A DNA stretch of 64,000 bases from Syncephalis fuscata S228 (taxonomy: Eukaryota; Fungi; Zoopagomycota), in the NCBI GenBank assembly GCA_025786725.1, contig JAHLTZ010000036.1:186001-250000 (forward strand). The letters run 5' to 3'. The translations under genes and the position numbers were made by a program. The notes beneath the pieces are model-generated. The model was given only the letters and a program-made list of their open reading frames with translations. It did no database searches and was not told the DNA's origin. Shown here in pieces: positions 1 to 17,611 of the stretch (position 1 is the stretch's first letter; every line of letters begins with the position of its first letter).

Positions 1-147
1 GGTAAGTCATTCATCGATTATTAACTAAATGGCTATTAATAAAAGTACACTGATTAAATAGATAAATGGATTAAAACATCCAATAGTATTACTAGTACCA
101 GTGGTAAATCAACCACCAGCACACTTAAACTGCCGTCCGTACTTTAA
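1..147 (+). CDS. 3' end of an unidentified gene (last intron 2-61, terminal exon 62-147)
   Basis: G|GTAAGT donor at the window start and AAATAG acceptor at 61. The exon reads DKWIKTSNSITSTSGKSTTSTLKLPSVL* with TAA at 145-147, followed by a T-rich 3' UTR. Confidence 0.5.
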
Positions 148-337
148 TACACTTTTATTTCTAGTTATAGTTTAGTATTTATACAAATACTAGGCTTTAT
201 CTTGATTCTTTATTTCTTTCCTTCTTTTTATTCTTTTTATTCTTTAATTTTAACCATTGATACTTTCATATACACCTATCTATTTACTCTTGTTTTTTCT
301 GTTTTATATCACCATAATTGATTCAATACATTTAGAG

Positions 338-5262
<4,925 letters not shown>

Positions 5263-5469
5263 CTAGTCTAGTGGATACACTTGTGGTAGTGGAAGTAACA
5301 GTGTAATACCATACAAAAAAAAGTAAGCGACGACGTTAAGAAAGTGCAGCGTAGAAATGCACGCGTGTGCTTACGGTCGCCGTCTCGGTACTTTTAATTG
5401 CCTCAACAAGCATGCTTTAAAATGCCTTGTGGATCACGTGACTTTCTAAGTAATGTACGGCAAAAAATA

Positions 5470-5541
5470 AGGTCTTACCGAGGATCGAACTCGGATCTAG
5501 AGATTCAGAGTCTCTCGTGCTAGCCATTACACCATAAAACC
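5470..5541 (-). tRNA. tRNA-Gln (anticodon CTG), intronless, 72 nt
   Basis: Minus strand reads GGTTTTATGGTGTAATGGCTAGCACGAGAGA-CT-CTG-AA-TCTCTAGATCCGAGTTCGATCCTCGGTAAGACCT. Acceptor, D, anticodon and T arms all pair, and a Pol III T-run follows at 5462-5467. Confidence 0.95.
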
Positions 5542-7387
5542 ACGACCTTGAAACTTTTTGGCGTTTGTGCAATTTATTCCAAAACTTAATTTTTTAGTAA
5601 AAACACGTTTGAACAGCTTTATTGTAGTTTAGTCTGTGTTGTATGTGGCTTTAGATTATATTTACGTATTTATTTTACTAGAATATATATGGGAAATAAT
5701 ACTTTGCTCATTTCAACACTATAATGTATAAATCATAAAAGATTTGCAGTTATTTTGTTAGTTTCACTATATATTTTTTTGTTTGCAAAATAAAAACTAA
5801 CTACATCAAGCATATAGTATTATCTGGAAGGTCGACTAGGTTAAATAGAATACACGCTTGTTTATTAAATACATATTGCTGGTCAAATATGTATAAAGCT
5901 TTACTGTTTGAGATCTATGTAAATTGTTTTGTATACCGTGTAATCTTTGTATTTCATGCTTGAATAGAGTATAGCAAGACTATATATATACATCATTATG
6001 AGCAACAAATAATATATATATTAGCAATTGTCCAAGAAATACAATATATTGGTAAAGTAATTACTACTGCGTTACTCAATCAGTTTATACAAAGGAGTGT
6101 ATAGTATAGGCAAAGTTAGAACTAAACCATTCAATTCCGTAGTATTGTGCAGACATTATTACTACTAGTGAGTATCTTAAAGTACAAACAATAGAAAGCA
6201 ACCGTGTATTTTATAAATAGAGGGACAATTGCGGCTAGATTACTTTTGTAATAAAGTATATAGTAGATTATTAGCTTGTTCTGAGCAGTGTTAATTTTGC
6301 TATTGTTTCGTATATTTTTATTGGATAAACTGATTTTACTTGTTAACTAATAGTCGTATACAAACATGTACTTATGCAGTATACAATAAGGCTGCATTTT
6401 ATACGTACTTTATCTATATAATTGAATGTACTTATCTGCAAAATATTGTGAATATTATAATAATTGCCACTTTCATCTACTTTACTATCTAAAAACTCCA
6501 CTACCACATAATAGCTTAATAATGATTTACTCGATAATTAGCCTGTTTATACCTTTTCTATATGTATATAATTTTTATTCCTTAGCTTTACTGTATCCTC
6601 CCATCGTGTTCTGCTTGTATATTTGTTTTTATATATCGTTCTGTCTTCCACTGCTAATATACCATTAATAAAAATTATTTGTGTATTGCAAGCTATATTT
6701 GGTATGAGTTTGTTATTTCTGCCTATTGCACATATTCAGTTGTGTACTCTATAGCTTTGCCATCATTATTCATGTATTTTCTTTTGCCTATTCGTTTCGT
6801 TTTATATTGTTTTATCAAAAAATTATCTTTTATTACTAACCACCTTCTTTGTAAATTTCATTTTGATTTATTTAAACATATAAGCTGACAGTATCATGTA
6901 TGTAGCTTAATAATAGGAATCACATATTGATTCATACAACATATATGGAGTGTAAAAATGTATCCAATGAACAAACAGCGCCAGTATAAACGAGGAGAAA
7001 GGTGACAATGTGGATTTTTAGATGTGCAGCTAGCAGATAGTATCTATAAAGACTTAAGGTAAATATAATAGCGGCAAAATAACAATCAAATATGAATGAT
7101 AAAAAGTTATTAATTCAAGGCATATGTATATTAATAGAATAATATGTGTAGTGAAAATATTAAAAAGTAAATGAAAGTATGTAATGGCAAAGGCGAGTGT
7201 AATTATAGGATGTTCAATCAATGTGTTTTTAGGATGTTAAGTTAAGAGCAGGCCTTTACTTGATTAATTTAGTGGTTGATTAGGCCTAACATTTATCCAA
7301 TATTAAGCCGAGCTTTATTGTGAAAAACCTAAGAATTGTATCTTAATTCTTTGTTGTTCCAGCCATCTGGTTTACCATCCATTAATC

Positions 7388-8137
7388 ATGAAAAATTGTG
7401 CAATTACTATTCTTATGCTGCTAGCAATAGTTGGTGGATGCCTGGCACAAAACAATCCACTTGGGCAGAATAATAAAGCCATTAGCAGTAGCAGTAGCGC
7501 TACAGATAACTCACAAACCAAACAAGGGCCAGGCCAAATGAACGTCTCCCGTACTTGTCAAGTGGCGTTAAAAGGACCAGATGCGCACCACAATTGCAGT
7601 CAAATGAATCCCAACGGACCTATAAAGCAATATATGACCAAACTATGCAGTTCCCCAGCCGATGGTAATCAAAATCATTTCTGTTCCACTGTCCAGATCA
7701 ACAAAGCATTGGATGCCATTGAAAATGGCTGCAAAGACGAACTAAAGAAGGCGCAAAAGGACGTCCAGGAACTGTATGATTCCTGGCTGCTATACACACT
7801 CGATTCGAAGGCTATGTGTGTAAAGACAGATGATGATAAATACTGCTTTTCCAAAATGTTTGCTCAAAATTCAACAGCACCCAAAAGTCCCAGCGATGAA
7901 TGTGAAGGTTGTTTTGGTAAAATAGCGGCAACTGCACGCCAATGGGAGCCACCACGTTCGCCCGACCTTGCCGGCCAGAATTATTACGATAAAGTCAGTA
8001 ACGTACGAAAGTCTATTAGCAGATGCAATGCTATTACAGAAAGTTCAAAGTCATCTAGCACTAGCATTCATATTGGTGCTACTACATTTTCTCTAGCAGC
8101 TGTAGTAATGCTAGCAGCAATTACCTCTAATTTTTAA
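7388..8137 (+). CDS. Uncharacterised secreted, cysteine-rich, probably GPI-anchored protein (249 aa, single exon)
   Basis: Signal peptide MKNCAITILMLLAIVGGCLA, about 10 Cys in the mature region, and a Ser-rich stretch followed by a hydrophobic C-terminus (SSSTSIHIGATTFSLAAVVMLAAITSNF). Confidence 0.8.
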   Translation: MKNCAITILMLLAIVGGCLAQNNPLGQNNKAISSSSSATDNSQTKQGPGQMNVSRTCQVALKGPDAHHNCSQMNPNGPIKQYMTKLCSSPADGNQNHFCSTVQINKALDAIENGCKDELKKAQKDVQELYDSWLLYTLDSKAMCVKTDDDKYCFSKMFAQNSTAPKSPSDECEGCFGKIAATARQWEPPRSPDLAGQNYYDKVSNVRKSISRCNAITESSKSSSTSIHIGATTFSLAAVVMLAAITSNF

Positions 8138-8347
8138 AGCTCATGCCAACTAATTATTTTTCTTAAATTCTAATATATGGGCAATAAACACTATTAATCG
8201 AGATATTATTGACTTATTATATTAATTTATTATAAATTTGTGCTAGCTTAGTAACATAGTCTAGCATTTGCTTTTTTGGTACGACAACAGAGTCGTTTTT
8301 TTGCTCATCTTTAGTTGTAACTGGATTTCAATAGTTGTAGTTTTAAC

Positions 8348-8752
8348 ATGTTTTCTTTCTTTAATCGTATTTGGGCGGCTATCTTTGGGTCGGAAACACC
8401 GCGCGACTGGGACTCTGAAGAAATGACAGCTATCAAGCAGCTAGTTCAGCGTGCTATTCATGGCAACAAAGTTGTTGTCTTCAGTAAGAGTTGGTGTCCC
8501 TACTGTAGCCGGGCCAAAGAGATATTTCAACGCGAGAAAGAAGCAGCTATGGCCGTCGAATTGAATCAAACAGAAGGTGGTGCCGATATTCAAGCCTACC
8601 TTGAACATATAACTGGCCAGCGAACTGTGCCCAATATTTTTATTGGTGGCAAACATATTGGTGGCTGTAGTGATTTAGAAGGTCTACAAAGCAGCGGCCA
8701 GCTACACAAGCTACTCGCCGATGCAAAAACCAACAGCGGTGACCATAGCTAA
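8348..8752 (+). CDS. Dithiol glutaredoxin
   Basis: VVVFSKSWCPYC active site, TGQRTVPNIFIGGKHIGGCSDL motif, and a short amphipathic N-terminal extension. Confidence 0.95.
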   Translation: MFSFFNRIWAAIFGSETPRDWDSEEMTAIKQLVQRAIHGNKVVVFSKSWCPYCSRAKEIFQREKEAAMAVELNQTEGGADIQAYLEHITGQRTVPNIFIGGKHIGGCSDLEGLQSSGQLHKLLADAKTNSGDHS

Positions 8753-8935
8753 TTTGATAAATAGTTTTGAATGGCTAGCTATACGCACCTACATACATAT
8801 CGTATGAATTAATAAACCATCAAAGTGTTAATAATGTTACTCGTTGGTTGTATAGCTACGTAATATCAAACTGTTTCTTTCATTGATTCTTTATTAAACG
8901 ATACTTTTTGTTCTTGCATTATTCTATGACTTATC

Positions 8936-11538
8936 ATGCGTGCTTCTAAACGGCCTCTCTCTTCTAGCCGACAGCGGCGCAGAGAACGCTACAAACCGCG
9001 CCATAGCAACTCGACCGTTCTGTCACCTTCTATGTCTTTAAATTCGTCTAATTCCTATGCTCTTCTACAGACATCAACCTCGCAACCAGAGTCCTGGCTA
9101 TCGTCGCACTCATCCACAATGACACAAACGACCAATAAAGAAGAGCACAGCCGACGTAGCAACGTGGAGGAGCAAGCTCAAGGTAATTCGAGTAGATTGC
9201 ACGAAGAAAGCATAGCGGGCCAGTCAAAGACGGGTGAATTCTATGCCACGTTAAAGAGCAGTGAACTGTCGCAAAACACCATAATGCCAACTAGTCTGCA
9301 CCGAAGGCGCAGTTCTTTGCGTTCCATTGCCAATCGACGCGATAGCCCACAAGAAACAGTGGGCGAGTTCTCTACTTTATGGGATTTTCTTAAAGCTGAA
9401 CTAACTACCAGCGAGAACGATGCCACCGCTGAATTGAAACGGGAACGTGTAACCAACTTTTTTCATGTACCCAAAGAAATAGAAAAGGTAGGCTGCCGTA
9501 CAGCAATAGTCTATACACACAACGTATATACTTAAGTAGTTTGATTATAGCTTTTTACATTTGGCTATTTCATCTGTTTTGACTCGTTCATACACGTTTT
9601 CACCATTCTACCTATGCGTGTTCTACTAGCAGCACGTCATTTAGTAGGATCTATGATGGGAAGAGCAAGGTAGGCAGTCAATGGGCCATCATCAAATCAT
9701 TATTACTAATAATGTTATTGCTATAGTCAATTGAAAGCGGCACATAAAGTTGATTTAATCAAAGCATTGCTAGTGTTTAATTGCTGTGTTGCTTTACAGT
9801 TGGTTGATGCATCACGGTTATATCATGGTGTACGAGGACAGTCATTAATCAAATTATATGTTATATACAACATGTTAGAGGTAAGTAGCGTGTTTTAATT
9901 TGGTGTAATGTTAACAATACGTAATAGATATTTGATAAACTGTTTTGTTCATTTGGACAAGATATTTTAGATTCACTTTTTTACAAGATTGGTGTTGATG
10001 CTAATAATGAAAAGTCATCAACGTCCTCATCCCCATCGTCGTCACGGACTAAGCACTTACATCCTATATCACATTTTATTATAGCCTCAATCTATATATG
10101 TATCCTTGTATGGTGGATGTAGAGTGAGATGGCTGGCATAGCTAATACCTTAACTGTACACTGCTGATTATATAGTTATTCACAGTATGATTCTATTTTA
10201 CCAATTGGTGACATTGAATGTCGCTATTAACTCGTATCACAATTCTTTATTAACGATGTTAATATCGAATCAGTTTGTGGAGATCAAAAGCAATGTATTT
10301 AAACGCTTTGAAAAGGAGAATCTATTCCAACTTACCTGTGCCGGTAAGTAATGGACGTGTATACAATATATAATGCTTATTTGCATTCCTGTATATTCTA
10401 TGTTAGATATTGTTGAGCGATTTCAATTATCCGTATTTCTAGTTATTATAGCTATTCGTAATGTAGTTGAATTATCAGGTACAACAATGTCGTCTTCATT
10501 ACCTGCATCGTTCTTTCCACTGTTCCAACTAGTACAATATTTCTATACAATGTATTGACACCAGTAGTTCTTGTCTTTGGATGTGAATTGCTCGTTGATT
10601 GGTTAAAGCATGCATTTATTACAAAATTCAATCATATAAGACCAACTGTGTATCAGCGCTATGCTGAAATATTATCGCGTGACTTGGTTGTTGGTACAGC
10701 TACAGGTACAAATGCAGAAAGTTCAACCAGACCAAATGAAGCTACACGCCGTGTAAGTATAGATATTAAGATCTATAACTATTTTACTAATAGTATACTA
10801 TCTACTATGCTATACTATAATAGCAATTTATTGATCATTCTCCTGTTGTGGCTCGTCGTATGGGATTAGCAACATTGCCGCTTGGTTGTCTGGTAAATAG
10901 ACTTGCTATAAGCCACAATTTAATGAGTAACATACATACATACATACATACATATATACATGCATATATATATATATATTGTAGGTTATTCGTAATGCTA
11001 TTCAATTGTTTAAAATGTTTGCTATTTCAGAAGCATCAGAAACAAAAAGTGATGCTACTGCCATCTTTCAAGCCATGGTACTTTCAAGTGATGACTGGAA
11101 GACAAAATGTTTAGTGGCCATTGTTTGGCTTTTATTAGGTGTAGTTGTTTACGTATGGTAAGTGTAAATGGGATGACTAGATAGATGTAGTACAAGTTAA
11201 TAATGTGTGTGTTATAGTATGGTATTTTTAAAGCTTGCTGTAGGCGTCAATCTATTCCGATATGCTTCGGCCAAGTATACTCAAATGCGCCAACGGGAAC
11301 AGACAACCAGTGAATGGGAACATGCAGCCACCGACTCACAACGTGTTGATGTTGTAAGTATAAATAATAAGCTATTCATATAAATAATAGATGCTAATGA
11401 CTGTATATTAAGGATTATCGAAATCAAGTTAAACGCGATTTAAATAAGGATAAGCATTTGATGGCCGACACTTCGCGTGGTTCTGTTACATTAGAAAATA
11501 TTGATCGATTTACTCTGTTTAAAAGCCGCATTCCATAA
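8936..11538 (+). CDS. TAPT1: TAPT1/Emp65 family ER membrane protein, multi-exon
   Basis: Motifs KRERVTNFFHVPKEIEK, YHGVRGQSLIKLYVIYN, LNVAINS...SNQFVEIKSNVFKRFEKENLFQ, ELLVDWLKHAFITKFN, and a C-terminal IDRFTLFKSRIP*. U12-type intron at 10100-10175; apparent 1-nt deletion at ~10524. Confidence 0.93.
10100..10175 (+). other. U12-type (minor spliceosome) GT-AG intron in TAPT1
   Basis: 5' site GTATCCTT and branch TACCTTAAC at 10146-10154. Removal restores IASIYI-F-IHSMILFYQ in frame. Confidence 0.85.
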
Positions 11539-11718
11539 TGTTAATACTATTAGGAATAATTGTGTGGCATTATAAATAATATACATAGAATACCACGATT
11601 AAGGATAAATAAAAATGGTTTAAACAGTTAATTTGTATTATTATTATTATTATCCCTTGGTTATTACTGTTATACTGTCATATCGCTCTTTATTTTCTAT
11701 ACTGTTTTACTTTTCACT

Positions 11719-12443
11719 ATGCGCATCAACTGTATTGCCGTCATTGGTAAACAGGCAAGGCGGTCATCTATTGTTTATAGGCCGACTATAGAGCTAACGA
11801 TGACCTTAGAACAATCCATTATTTGTTCGTAACTTTTCTCAACAATATCCTGATTTAAAGTTTCATTATATTGCGCATACAGCATGCGATGCAATAGAAG
11901 AGCGAGGTAACTAGCTCAAGGGGTAATTACAAAGTATAAATACTAATACAGTGATAAATATCCAGTAAGTACCGGTGGTGCCAATGCCAATGAGCCATAT
12001 GTTGGTTTATTGTATTCTATGGAAGATATGGCAGTGTATCCTTTTTACTAATATTAATTAGAACTAACTAGCATCAATACTGTTGACTATTCATTCTTAC
12101 TACTACTACTACTACTACTGTTGCTATTGTTATTGCTATTGCTACTACTATTAACTTTATTAGTTATGGCTATATGACGAATACTCGTATCAAATTTATT
12201 GTGGTTATTACTGTACCGCAGTCACCTATTCGAGATGCTGATATGAAACCAGTAAGCATAGATTTACTCATCAGGTTATTAGTACTCAGTAATGTGTAGA
12301 TATTTCGTCGAATTCACTCGGCATACATTGGACTCGTCAGTAATCCGTTCCATGAACTGGATAACAATCAAACGATTGACAGTAAAATGTTTTCAAATAT
12401 GATTGAGCAAATTGCCACAGCGGTTGGCACACCATCAAGTTAA
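11719..12443 (+). CDS. TRAPPC2L: TRAPP complex subunit 2-like (sedlin family; Tca17), 5 exons, absent from the ORF track
   Basis: Spliced product MRINCIAVIGKQ|NNPLFVRNF...LKFHYIAHTACDAIEER|...YVGLLYSMEDMAV|YGYMTNTRIKFIVV...|IFRRIHSAYIGLVSNPF...*. GC donor at 11755. Confidence 0.92.
12036..12163 (+). other. U12-type (minor spliceosome) GT-AG intron in TRAPPC2L
   Basis: 5' site GTATCCTTTT and a weaker branch-like CTATTAAC close to the AG. Removal restores EDMAV-YGY. Confidence 0.75.
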
Positions 12444-12766
12444 TTAATTAATTAATTAATTGGTTTGAAAATGTGTTTTTACAATAAATATTTGGTTCAC
12501 GCATCAAAGTCATCATTAGTAGAAATTGACCCAATCAACAGTTTACACGCATTTCTGTTACGGATTTGCTGTAAGCATACACGCACATATACACGTGCAT
12601 ATATCCATTCACTTGCCTGCACCGACTATTGATCGTCACTTTATTCTTTGATCCGCGACTTTACCTCTGTTTATTCTATCGGATAACGTAGATACTGTTG
12701 TGTGCACCGCTTCATAAACTCTATTCCTCTTCTTTATTTGATTCCTTTTATTATTGCTATTTGATC

Positions 12767-15700
12767 ATGTCGGCATTAATGAGCGACTTTCTTACTATTC
12801 GTCCAGGCACTTCATTGCATACCGACGATTCAACAAGCGGCCTAACCGAAAGTGTAGGCGGCGATAGTGAGCACGGCGGCATTGATAGCAATGACCCGAT
12901 CTATGTGCCATCGGCAGAGGATCGCGACGCTACGGGCGTTGTTGGTTCGGCCCCTACACTATCGGCAGCCACAAATAGAGTGGCGCCCGATCTTGACTCG
13001 CAAGATGCATTTCCTGCACTTACCGCATCGGCCACATCAAGTGGTGGTAGTGGTGGGCCTGCTTGGGGCACTGGCCATCCATCGGCACCCAGTTTAAATA
13101 GTGTATTTAGCTGGGGTACAAGTGGACCGACAAAGAATAAACCAGAGAAGGTGAAGGGTCAACAGCACGGATTTCCATTAGAGTCGAGTGCTGCTCGTGC
13201 AAATCAATTGATGGAAATACTTGAACTACCTGCCGCGCAGGTCAAATCAAGTGGCCGTCCAATTGGTGAAGTGATACGTGAATTGACGCGTGCCGCAAAC
13301 CATGGTAGTCTCGAAATTGATGCGTCTACAGGTCGTCGTTCTGGCAATGTTACCTTTTTAATTCGTGGCCACCCAGTCGATGTAGCAAATGCACGACGTA
13401 AACTTACCGTCAGTTTTAGTCCTCGTGGCCAACTTACGCTGAATATTCCAAACAGTACACGTCGATTTATTATCGGTACTGGTGGACAGACGCTACGAGA
13501 GATTGAACGAGTTAACAGCGTTAAAATTCAATTTCCACCACGCGATACGGACACAACAGCATTTGAAACTGAAGAGGAGTCGACAACAGTCTCCATTACC
13601 ATTGAAGGCGACCTTGACGGCGTTAAGGCGGCCCGTGAACGTATTGAGCAGATTGTTAGCGATCGTGTACTGCGTAAAACAATTAGCATTGATAGCATTG
13701 AGCCAATTTACTTCCGTGCATTAACACCAGCTAGAAATGAGCGATTACAACGATTGATTAATGAAACAAATACACGCGTGCGCATTCCATATGGCGGTAG
13801 CAGTAGCGGTGTTAATGGTACGCGTACTGGCTTTAACGACGTTACAGATACGGCAACGATTACCATTATCGGAAAAAGTCCATCGGTAGAAGCCGTTGAA
13901 CAAGAGATTTTAAATCTTTACAAGACGTTAAAACAGCAAATGCGCACTATTGTTGTTGTTATCCCAAAACCACTGCATCGACACATTGTTGGACTGCGCG
14001 GAACTACATTGCAAGAGATTGAAGAAAAAACCGATTGCTATGTTGAAATGCCAGGCTCTGATGAAAACTCTGAACAAGTATCGTTAATTGGGCCGGAAGA
14101 TAAACTTGTACAGGCTATTGAGATGATTACCGAAAAGACAGCGACACTACGATGGAGTGCCGTTGATTTAACAGCTGCCGTACATAGTCCGTCATCGCAT
14201 GTTTTGCGTGTTATTCGCTACTTAACGCATACACGTCAATTGCAGCAATTGGAGACGGAACAGCATGTAAATATTACACTACAACCGGTGCCGGCCCATC
14301 AACCAGTAATTGTAGAGATTAATGGCGATGCTGCTAGTCAGATTCATACAGCTAAGCAACAGCTTATTCAGTTAGTTAAATCTGTGGTAAGTATTGGCGC
14401 TAATACGCTAAATTAAAGTGATAATAGAGATTACTATTATTAATACTAATCATTGTGTATGTATATAGCCTGTAGAATATATGCGTGCTGAACCATTTGA
14501 ACCAATATGGCGCCGATCTATTCTTGGTAATCAAGGAGAACATTGTCGACAGATTCTTGAGTCATTACATGTTGAAGTTTTGTTGCCTAAATTTACTGAT
14601 CCATCTATGGAAGTACTATTGGTCTATAAACCAGCTACAAAGTCAACATCGCCAACTCAACTGGCTGAGGCGACTAAAGCACTAACAGCTGCATCGAATC
14701 GTGTTAATGCGTTAAAACAAGCAACAGTAAGTAATATATATATATATATTTAATAATGGCTAGCAATAACTTTATTTATTGATTAAAAGGTTGATTTTAC
14801 GAGTAAAAATATTACTATTCCACTACGTTACTATCGCCAGTTGATTGAGTCACGCGATACGTTAAACGAGCTTGTTAACGATGAATGCGCCTCAGTATCA
14901 GTTACACTCCATCAATCGACGGAAGAGAACGGCGTATGCATTACAGGTGCCGAGGATGAAGTTGAACAAGTTGTCACAAAGTTACACCAGCTTATTAAAG
15001 GTTTCCATCGCCAGGAAGAGCTAAATTCATATACAACTGAAGTAAAAATACCGACAAAGTTTGAAGCACATATAATTGGTAGAAAAGGCGCCAATCTTAA
15101 TCGTCTACGTGAGCAATTTTCTGTTAAAGTCGATATTACCGAGGCAGCAGAAGGCGAACACGAATTTACAGTAACCATTCAGGGTGTAAAGAAACAGGCC
15201 GACAGTGCAGCTAAAGAGCTACGTGAAATACAAGAACGTTTGGCCGATAGTGTTATACAGCGAATGAAAATACCGGTCAAATTACATCCAGCACTTATTG
15301 GTCCACAAGGCCGATATGTTCGTCGATTAGAAGAAAATTACCAAGTACGCATTAAATTCCCGCGCAGTGCACGCGGCACCAATAACAATATCGATAATGA
15401 CGACGATAATGACGATGAAGAATTATCGGGCAAGCTAAACCAAGCACCTGATGAAGTTATTATTTCTGGTGGTCGTAAAGGTGTAGCAAGTGCCCGTGCA
15501 GAAATGCAAGAACTTATAGACTATGAAGTGGCACGCGGATACGTAACTAAGTTTGAAGTGGCAGCACGTCATTTGCCATTTATTATGGGAAAACGTGGTG
15601 TTCGTATTAATGAGCTACGAGATGAGACTAGCACACAGATTGATATTAAAGATCAAATTGATGATAATGCAAGTGAAAATGACGATGAAGTACAGGGCAA

Positions 15701-16904
15701 GAAGGGCGCTAACGGATCAACTAACACTCGCCGTGCTATTATTTCAATTCAAGGTCGCAAAGAAGATGCAGAACGGGCTCGTCGCCAAATCGAAGCAATT
15801 ATTAACGAACAAGAAGATTTGTGTACACTTGAATTGTCCATCCCCATTGAATATCATCGCCAGCTTATTGGCACAGGTGGTGCACGTATACGCGAACTTG
15901 TTAAACAATGCGGTGGCAGTGAAGAGGCTGCATCCATGGTGCGATTCCCTCGTCCCAATACTGAAGAAGAATTGGTAACTATTCGTGGTCAACGGGCATT
16001 GGCACAGAAGGTACACACAGCATTAAAAGCACTGGTCGATGAACAGTTATCGCGACATACACTTACGATAACTGTACCGACTGCCGACCGATCCACCATT
16101 ATTGGACAACAAGGCAAGACAATGAAGGCACTTGAAACCGACCATAAGTGAAGATTGATTTGCGATCACTAGAAGAACACGACAACACATCCAGCGATGA
16201 GCCAATGACTCTTGTGAGCATTAGTGGCGAGGAAGAGAACTGTGAAAAGGCCAGAACGGCCATTCAGGTAATGTGTAACATGGTGTAGTCATGTATGTTT
16301 ACTAATAAGTAAATGGTGATATGAATGGTGAATTGTTATTTATTATTAGGCACTGGTACGGTTCAGAGAAGTCATTGAAGTGGTGCAGTCCGAACGAAGT
16401 GTGTTGCAAGGCCGAAATAGTTCGGTAATGCAAGTACTACGCCGAGACTATGATGTTGTACTTCGACGCACCGATCCAAATATCACAACCAGCGGTAATG
16501 ATGATGACCGTGACCGTTGGATGCTTGTAGGCACGAATGCCGACCAAGTAACAGCGGCCAAGGATTATCTTGAGTGTATTGTAGGCGAGCGGAAATGCCA
16601 AGAAACGCTCATTATTCCAACTCACCTTCACCGATATGCCATAGGACGGGGCGGCAGTACAGTTCGCCATATTGCAGAAACTACTCGTTGTCTTGTACAA
16701 TTTCCTAGTTCGGCATCACAACGCAATCGTAGCAACAACAATGCTGATGATGAAAGCGTTGACACTGAACAAGATGGTATTGTTATTACGGGTGCAGCAG
16801 ATCAAGTGACCCAGGCCAAACGTATGATAGAAGAAGCAGTGCAGCGGGGTCAGCCACGTTCTCATAATACACAATCAAATTCCTCAGAAGGTGAAGAAGC
16901 GTAA
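12767..16904 (+). CDS. SCP160: Vigilin/Scp160 multi-KH-domain RNA-binding protein
   Basis: Many KH repeats (IIGTGG, HIVGLRG, HIIGRKGANL, LIGPQGRYV, IMGKRG, LIGTGG, AIGRGG) and an N-terminal DAFPAL motif. Three introns. An apparent 1-nt deletion at ~16148 creates TGA, and the frame resumes as VKIDLRS. Confidence 0.92.
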
Positions 16905-17611
16905 AACTGTGCATTGCTAATTACCACCAGAGGATAGAATAATAAAGATGAATTATTTTTAGATATTAATATTTGAAACACAGTGTAACTAATGCTTAAT
17001 GCACAATACTATTAAAAACTGGGCTATTATATTAACAATTCAATTCAATTCATTGTATGTACTAATGTAGATGAATTTATATACTAATGAGCTAGACGAC
17101 ATTTGTTGTATAACTTGATTCTTGTCAAATGTATATCTAAAGTATAGGAGATTAGCATCACATTTATACTGGCAAGGTCGGTGTCTCAAAAATACCAATT
17201 ATTAAATTCAAGCTTTTTTAGAAGCAATAGCTCCCATCTTTCCAGCAGTTTTAGAGAGAGGCTGAGTAATGGCATTAGCATTGATTTAGCGCCCACCATG
17301 GCTGTATTGGCCACAAAGGCCACGGCAATAATACAAACGACAACATTATAAAGTCTTAGTGATACTGATTAAAACAAACAAATAAATAATAAAATACAGT
17401 AGTATAAAGTAAATAGTAGGGAGCATTTGGCAGAAAGTAAAGTGTAATTAAAGCGTTGCTATGCGTTGATTAAGTTATATAACAATTCCCTTTTTTGAAT
17501 AGTTGTCTAACTTTTGCTTATTATTGAAATTGGTGCTTATTGAGCGGTGTTTTAATTAATGCTGCTCAATTGGTCACACGTAGCTGTATTTCTTTTGATG
17601 ATGATGGACGT

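Noticed and set aside
5600-7380. Hydrophobic ORFs at 6426-6888 and faint similarity to the RlpA 3' flank
   Set aside because: These are AT-rich random ORFs, and the similarity is too weak to support by eye.
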